IMG/VR virus record: IMGVR_UViG_3300029605_000001
From: a virus
Taxonomy: Duplodnaviria; Heunggongvirae; Uroviricota; Caudoviricetes
Direction: 5' to 3' (one strand)
Length of the DNA stretch: 64,000 nucleotides
The translations under genes and the position numbers were made by a program. The notes under the pieces were generated by a model. The model was given only the letters and a program-made list of their open reading frames with translations. It searched no databases and was not told where the DNA came from. Below are positions 59,891 to 64,000 of this stretch, piece after piece. The number at the start of each line of letters is the position of its first letter. Position 1 is the stretch's first letter.

Positions 59891-60103
59891 TGATTATCTT
59901 ACTCTTTTATCGACTCTAGTACAATTTCTGTTTCTAGATCCAAAGTTCTCTGTTAAAGAATGGCAGTTAGGGCACAACAACTGAAGATTCTCCTCTTTAT
60001 TGTTTGTACAATCACCGTCTATGTGATGGATCTACAATGGAACTAACCCAGTATAAGGATTTACTTCATGCCATCCGCATTTTTGACAAGAATTATTATG
60101 TGT

Positions 60104-60583
60104 TTCAAACAAGTATCTTCTAACATGGTTAGAAACATCGGTCGAACACTTTGTTCTACTAACTTCATTGTTTTTCCACTTGTTTATGTAATCCTTATAT
60201 TCACCCTAACATTTATTAGAGCAATATTTTCTGACAGAAGGTATTTCCTTACCACAATTTAAGCAATATGAATGTTCTGAAAACATGACTCTATTACCTA
60301 CATTATTAAATGTAGCAGCACAAGAGTGACTACAGAAATCATTTTGTCTTTTCTCATAAGGTATAACCTCATTACAGTATTTACACCTTTTAGGATTCAA
60401 CTCATACTTACTTCGAGTAGTCTTAGATTTAATATGAGAAGTATTAATCTCATTTTCTTCTATAAACTCTCTAAGTTTCTTTCTGTTAGAGGTGTTATCA
60501 TGTACCCCGAGCATTTGTAATACCTATCCAAGATATTCTACTTCTTGTATAGCCTCTATCAATTCGTCCTTAGTTATTTCACT
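60104..60583 (-). CDS. Cys-rich zinc-finger protein; reading frame continues through TAG at both ends of ORF 60206..60514
   Basis: ATG about 60581-60583: MRKFSEITKDELIEAIQEVEYLG-TAG-VLQMLGVHDN..., in frame with the listed ORF. Listed ORF stops at TAG (complement at 60206-60208). The frame stays open for 34 more codons to a TGA near 60104. Multiple CxxC pairs. Confidence 0.35.
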
Positions 60584-60679
60584 AAATTTTCTCATAGTTC
60601 ATAAACAATTTCAATGTAAAGGTAATAATAACCTCTAAATATCTAAACCAATTGAGTTACACCTGCATATAAAATTGTA

Positions 60680-60718
60680 TTTGGAAGGCAGACGCACTAG
60701 CCATTGTGCTATACCCGC
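60680..60718 (-). tRNA. tRNA 5'-half fragment (Gly-like acceptor GCGGGTA, D-arm, anticodon stem and loop CTTCCAA), no 3' half
   Basis: Minus-strand sense GCGGGTATAGCACAATGGCTAGTGCGTCTGCCTTCCAA, then no complementary 3' stem or T-arm. Confidence 0.35.
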
Positions 60719-60837
60719 ATAGTTTTATTTTGGATAAAGTATTGCAAATGTAGTAACTATAAGTATATAGACAAAAACCAAAATGTTAAAAATGTTTAAC
60801 AGCTAGGAATTAGTCTATATACTTATAGGTTAAACTA

Positions 60838-61215
60838 CTAATTCTTGGATACTGTGTATCCCATTTTATTTAGAAACGATACACACAGCCTTATTTGTTC
60901 TCTCATAAATTCATCCTTTGAGTTTTTCTTAGAGTTATATCTATTCACTCTCCTCTTATAGGAAGTGTACACTTCCTGCAGTTTAGAAAAATGGATAGGA
61001 CCCTTACTAGAAAAACTTATTTTACCTGAGCTGCAGGTAATAATATTAAATATTCTCAGCTCAGATAAAAACATGTGATTTTGCGGGATTCCAGAAAGCT
61101 TTAAGGCTTTCTTAAACTCAGATTCAGAGAGAGATATGTTATCTCTCTCCATCTGAGCTTTTAATCCATTCAATTCCGCAATATGATCTAATGGATTAAA
61201 TTTCTTCCTGGCCAT
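60838..61215 (-). CDS. hypothetical protein
   Basis: 125-aa ORF. Confidence 0.3.
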   Translation of the reverse strand: MARKKFNPLDHIAELNGLKAQMERDNISLSESEFKKALKLSGIPQNHMFLSELRIFNIITCSSGKISFSSKGPIHFSKLQEVYTSYKRRVNRYNSKKNSKDEFMREQIRLCVSFLNKMGYTVSKN

Positions 61216-61541
61216 TAGTTCATAATTTCATAGAGAACGTTGGACAAGTGAATTCTTGTTGTCTCCGAGGACAGGGGACGTCCTCTAAAGACAGATAGAA
61301 TCTGGGACCTGACCGCATTCAGGTCCTTCATATAAGACCTGTAGGTGTACATAGCCTCTTTGTAAGCCTTCATAGATTCCTTAGTCGGCTTGAGAGGCTT
61401 GATGGGCTGAGTGAGAGTCTTTGGAAGAATAATATCACATATTCCTCCATTCTTGTCCGCCTGAACTCTAACAGTAACGGAGTCTTTTTTTGCTTTAAGA
61501 GCAACAATAAAGTTTTTAACGATAGACTTTCTTCCTATCAT
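61215..61541 (-). CDS. hypothetical protein
   Basis: 108-aa ORF. Confidence 0.3.
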   Translation of the reverse strand: MIGRKSIVKNFIVALKAKKDSVTVRVQADKNGGICDIILPKTLTQPIKPLKPTKESMKAYKEAMYTYRSYMKDLNAVRSQILSVFRGRPLSSETTRIHLSNVLYEIMN

Positions 61542-61671
61542 AATTTTTTACCCTCTAGCAGGATTTATTAGTGCTAGAATTAATTTCCAGTTACTTTCAA
61601 CTGGCAATGTCAATCAAGTTTAACCACATGTTACTATTCTTCGCACGAGCTTGATGAAGGTTATAAATTGT

Positions 61672-61738
61672 TGGGAGTGCAGGATTTGAACCTGCGAGCT
61701 CTGGGTATGAACCCAGCGAGATAGTCCACTTCTCCAAC
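61672..61738 (-). tRNA. tRNA with CAU anticodon, copy 4
   Basis: Anticodon stem CTGGG/CCCAG with loop TTCATAC. T-arm CGCAGGTTCAAATCCTGCA. Acceptor GGGAGTT/CACTCCC. Confidence 0.5.
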
Positions 61739-61803
61739 TCCCATAGACTATTACATTACCTAGGCTATAATAGTCTATCTTAATTACCTTCCGGTAATTA
61801 TGG

Positions 61804-61877
61804 CCGACTGAATAGGATTCGAACCTATACATACTCAACGCACAATTGAGCCCTTCTACCATTAAAGGTACCAGTCG
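61804..61877 (-). tRNA. tRNA, anticodon uncertain (loop TTGTGCG; GUG-like)
   Basis: Acceptor CGACTGG/TCAGTCG. D-stem CCTT/AAGG. Anticodon stem CTCAA/TTGAG. T-arm ATAGGTTCGAATCCTAT. Confidence 0.4.
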
Positions 61878-61959
61878 AGATACTCCCTAACTAAGGGAGC
61901 TTAGTACTTAATAATTAGTACCAAAGTTCTGGAATATAATCAACTCCGTACATAAATTA

Positions 61960-62220
61960 TTAGTTTTTATATTCTGAACTTAATTTGTTAATTAAATCAA
62001 GCAGTTCTTTTCGTTCAGAGACAGTTTTTTCTACTTCTTTTGCAGCAAGTACTGAGGTCATAACAACCTTAAGAACTTCTTGGGGAAGCTTCTTTTCATA
62101 TTCTTCTCCCCATTTTCTGTCAAGTATACCTATTAATGAGGTACAGGCCATGTGAACTGCATCTCTTACGATCTCAAGAGTATACAATTTCTGTTCTTGT
62201 TTCTTCTCTTTTTCTTTCAT
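61960..62220 (-). CDS. hypothetical protein
   Basis: 86-aa ORF. Confidence 0.3.
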   Translation of the reverse strand: MKEKEKKQEQKLYTLEIVRDAVHMACTSLIGILDRKWGEEYEKKLPQEVLKVVMTSVLAAKEVEKTVSERKELLDLINKLSSEYKN

Positions 62221-62223
62221 AAT

Positions 62224-62424
62224 TTATTTTGTAAAGGTTAATTTTTTAACTTCGTTCTCACTAATAGCTCTTCTACAGGAAGCTACTAGTAAAATTTCTA
62301 CTCCAATAAAGGGTAAAAATAACCCTTGATCATAGATGGAATCCACTCCCATCATAAAGATAAGAGTGAAAAAGAATGTTATATATAATAACACTCCTTT
62401 TAAAACTAGAATTACTTTACTCAT
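62224..62424 (-). CDS. small membrane protein
   Basis: 66 aa, two hydrophobic helices. Confidence 0.25.
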   Translation of the reverse strand: MSKVILVLKGVLLYITFFFTLIFMMGVDSIYDQGLFLPFIGVEILLVASCRRAISENEVKKLTFTK

Positions 62425-62493
62425 ATGTTAAAATGTTTTTCGAGTTCTCTTTTCCATTTCATTGTAGACTCTGATACTCTCTCAAATGTCCAG

Positions 62494-62763
62494 TCACTCA
62501 TCTCCAAAATGTAGCGTATCAAATCCTACACAGATGTATTTGGAGTAATCAGGATGTTCCAAATGATTATCTGGAATCCACCATGTCTCAATTCCCTCAA
62601 TAAATCTAGAAATCTTTTCAGCCTCAAAAGTTATCCCACCATGAGGTTGAGGAATGTCTTCCTCTAAGTTGAGTCCAGCTATTAACTCTCTAGAGATTAA
62701 TACATATCCATTGTACTGTCCTCCATCTTTATATAGAGAAACAAAAGAAGGAGTTCTTTTCAA
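62494..62763 (-). CDS. hypothetical protein
   Basis: 89-aa ORF. Confidence 0.3.
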   Translation of the reverse strand: MKRTPSFVSLYKDGGQYNGYVLISRELIAGLNLEEDIPQPHGGITFEAEKISRFIEGIETWWIPDNHLEHPDYSKYICVGFDTLHFGDE

Positions 62764-62897
62764 GAAAGGAATTATCTTTATTTTTATTGTGTTTTACACC
62801 TGAAACTTATATCGCACGTAGTATATTCGTCCTCGCATGCGTAACCTATAAGAAACTGGTGCCCTCAATGGGAAAATTTTAGTTTTTGAATTATTCG

Positions 62898-62975
62898 GAC
62901 TCCTGGAGAGATTCGAACTCTCGATAACTCTAAAGTATCTACACTTTAGGACTTTTCCACTAAGTTATCAGAAGT
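62898..62975 (-). tRNA. atypical tRNA-like gene with 8-nt anticodon-position loop UGUAGAUA
   Basis: Acceptor ACTTCTG/CAGGAGT. D-arm ACTT-AGTGGAA-AAGT. Hairpin CTAAAG-TGTAGATA-CTTTAG. T-arm GAGAGTTCGAATCTCTC. Confidence 0.35.
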
Positions 62976-63335
62976 CGTGAAGCTAATCTCTAAAAGACTG
63001 AATAAAAGATTGCCGCTTTCTTACAACCTTTATAGGATTAGAGTTCCTATCCTCACAACTAGCTAAATCTTACGCGTTAATAGATTAAGCTATTATTACT
63101 GTTATGGTAATGAGATTAGAAATAAAGTACGAGATACAACAGTCAACTATCTCTGAAAAATCCATGGTTTTCTCACTTAATTTCTAGGCAATTTCAAGTT
63201 TGCCAAACTTATTTTATTCTTTTTAATGTTACTAGAGAATCTACCCTCACTAAAATAAAATCATAAAAATACTCCTACTTTCACAAGCAAGAGTATTTAC
63301 ACTAAACAACTAAACATTTGTCTCACATGGCTGTC

Positions 63336-63410
63336 CTGTAGAAAGGAATCGAACCCTTCAATCTATAATACTAATTGGACCCTACTAATTTAACTGGGTT
63401 GTACACAACC
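63336..63410 (-). tRNA. tRNA-like gene (T-arm AAGGGTTCGATTCCTTT), anticodon not resolved
   Basis: A clear T-arm on the minus strand. The remainder could not be folded confidently by hand. Confidence 0.25.
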
Positions 63411-63952
63411 ATAGGTAATTAACTCGTAAACTTTCGAAATTAAGTCTAAATATTACTATTTAGAAAAATCCAATGTTCCTATCGCATTTCCTATTACAGG
63501 GAAAAATCAAAAGAGTGAGAAGATGCTCGCCATGCCACTCTTTTAAATAAAATACTTATCGGCACTATATAATCAATAGCTTCCTCAAACCTTCTAATTC
63601 TCACAGTAACAATACGAAGCTATCTCCATAAAAATACTAGCATACTCTAATCCTACGGAATTGTTACGTCACCGCATAGCTGAAGAGTCCAGCTTCAATA
63701 AGTTGTTGCTAGTCACAACTATTAAGTCCTTGTTATTTTTTATACAGAAATAGCTAAGCAACATAAACTGGGAATTTTTTAGATGTAATTACCAATCATC
63801 AGCAATTTAAGTTATTGCTATACTCTCCGTTTAAGACTTTCAAGTGAGTTTCGAATTCCATAAAGCCCTTTTCAGGTGGTAAACTTCTCACCAATTAAAG
63901 ACTCTACTTGCTCTAAACAGAAATTTATTATTATTAACTCAAAAAACGTGTA

Positions 63953-64000
63953 CCCGAAGGGGGACTTGAACCCCCACAGCTGCAATAGCCAAAGGATTTT
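63953..64000 (-). tRNA. tRNA, 3' portion only (runs off the window end)
   Basis: T-arm GGGGGTTCAAGTCCCCC plus acceptor 3' strand TTCGGGT on the minus strand. Confidence 0.4.

Noticed and set aside
61620-61862. ORFs 61620..61862 and 58423..58614
   Set aside because: They overlap tRNA genes on the same strand and are spurious.
1-64000. CRISPR array or prophage integrase/att sites
   Set aside because: No direct-repeat/spacer periodicity and no recombinase gene are visible. The window looks like a lytic phage replication module.

Overview
This 64 kb window reads like part of a large, AT-rich (about 30% GC by eye) virulent phage genome. Nearly every gene is on the minus strand. The window holds a replication and nucleotide-metabolism module and a big tRNA island, and the tRNA models are hand-folded, so their anticodons and exact ends are approximate. 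The replication/nucleotide module contains:
- family A DNA polymerase
- ATP-dependent DNA ligase
- DnaB-like helicase
- SF2 helicase
- zinc-ribbon/TOPRIM primase
- RNase H
- dUTPase
- class II ribonucleotide reductase
- RNA-ligase-like protein
- sigma-70 family factor
The tRNA island holds about 25 tRNA or tRNA-like genes on the minus strand.

Two features dominate the window. First, it is unusually dense in self-splicing-intron-like insertions that carry homing endonuclease genes (LAGLIDADG, HNH, GIY-YIG, and a Vsr/DUF559-like gene). These insertions split the DNA polymerase, DNA ligase, ribonucleotide reductase, a Ser/Thr phosphatase, a P-loop ATPase, a C26 glutaminase-type peptidase and a second amidoligase gene, the last one at least twice. 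Each intervening segment carries a short GC-rich core that stands out from the AT-rich exons.

Second, many accessory and endonuclease genes only make sense if TAG is read as a sense codon. One 300-codon gene contains eight in-frame TAGs and no other stop. At least seven other genes carry one to four in-frame TAGs, while the core genes contain none, and the three whose stops I checked end in TAA. This is the pattern expected for amber stop-codon reassignment or suppression, possibly restricted to certain genes or times. No tRNA with a CUA anticodon is visible in the window. Two odd tRNA-like genes with 8-nt anticodon loops sharing a GUAGAU core are present.

The window also contains an amidoligase / class II glutamine amidotransferase / C26 peptidase cassette, and an SPFH (flotillin-like) plus NfeD pair. 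A GC-richer 560 bp region without ORFs contains a sarcin-ricin-loop-like motif. Many boundaries, especially intron/exon junctions, are approximate.
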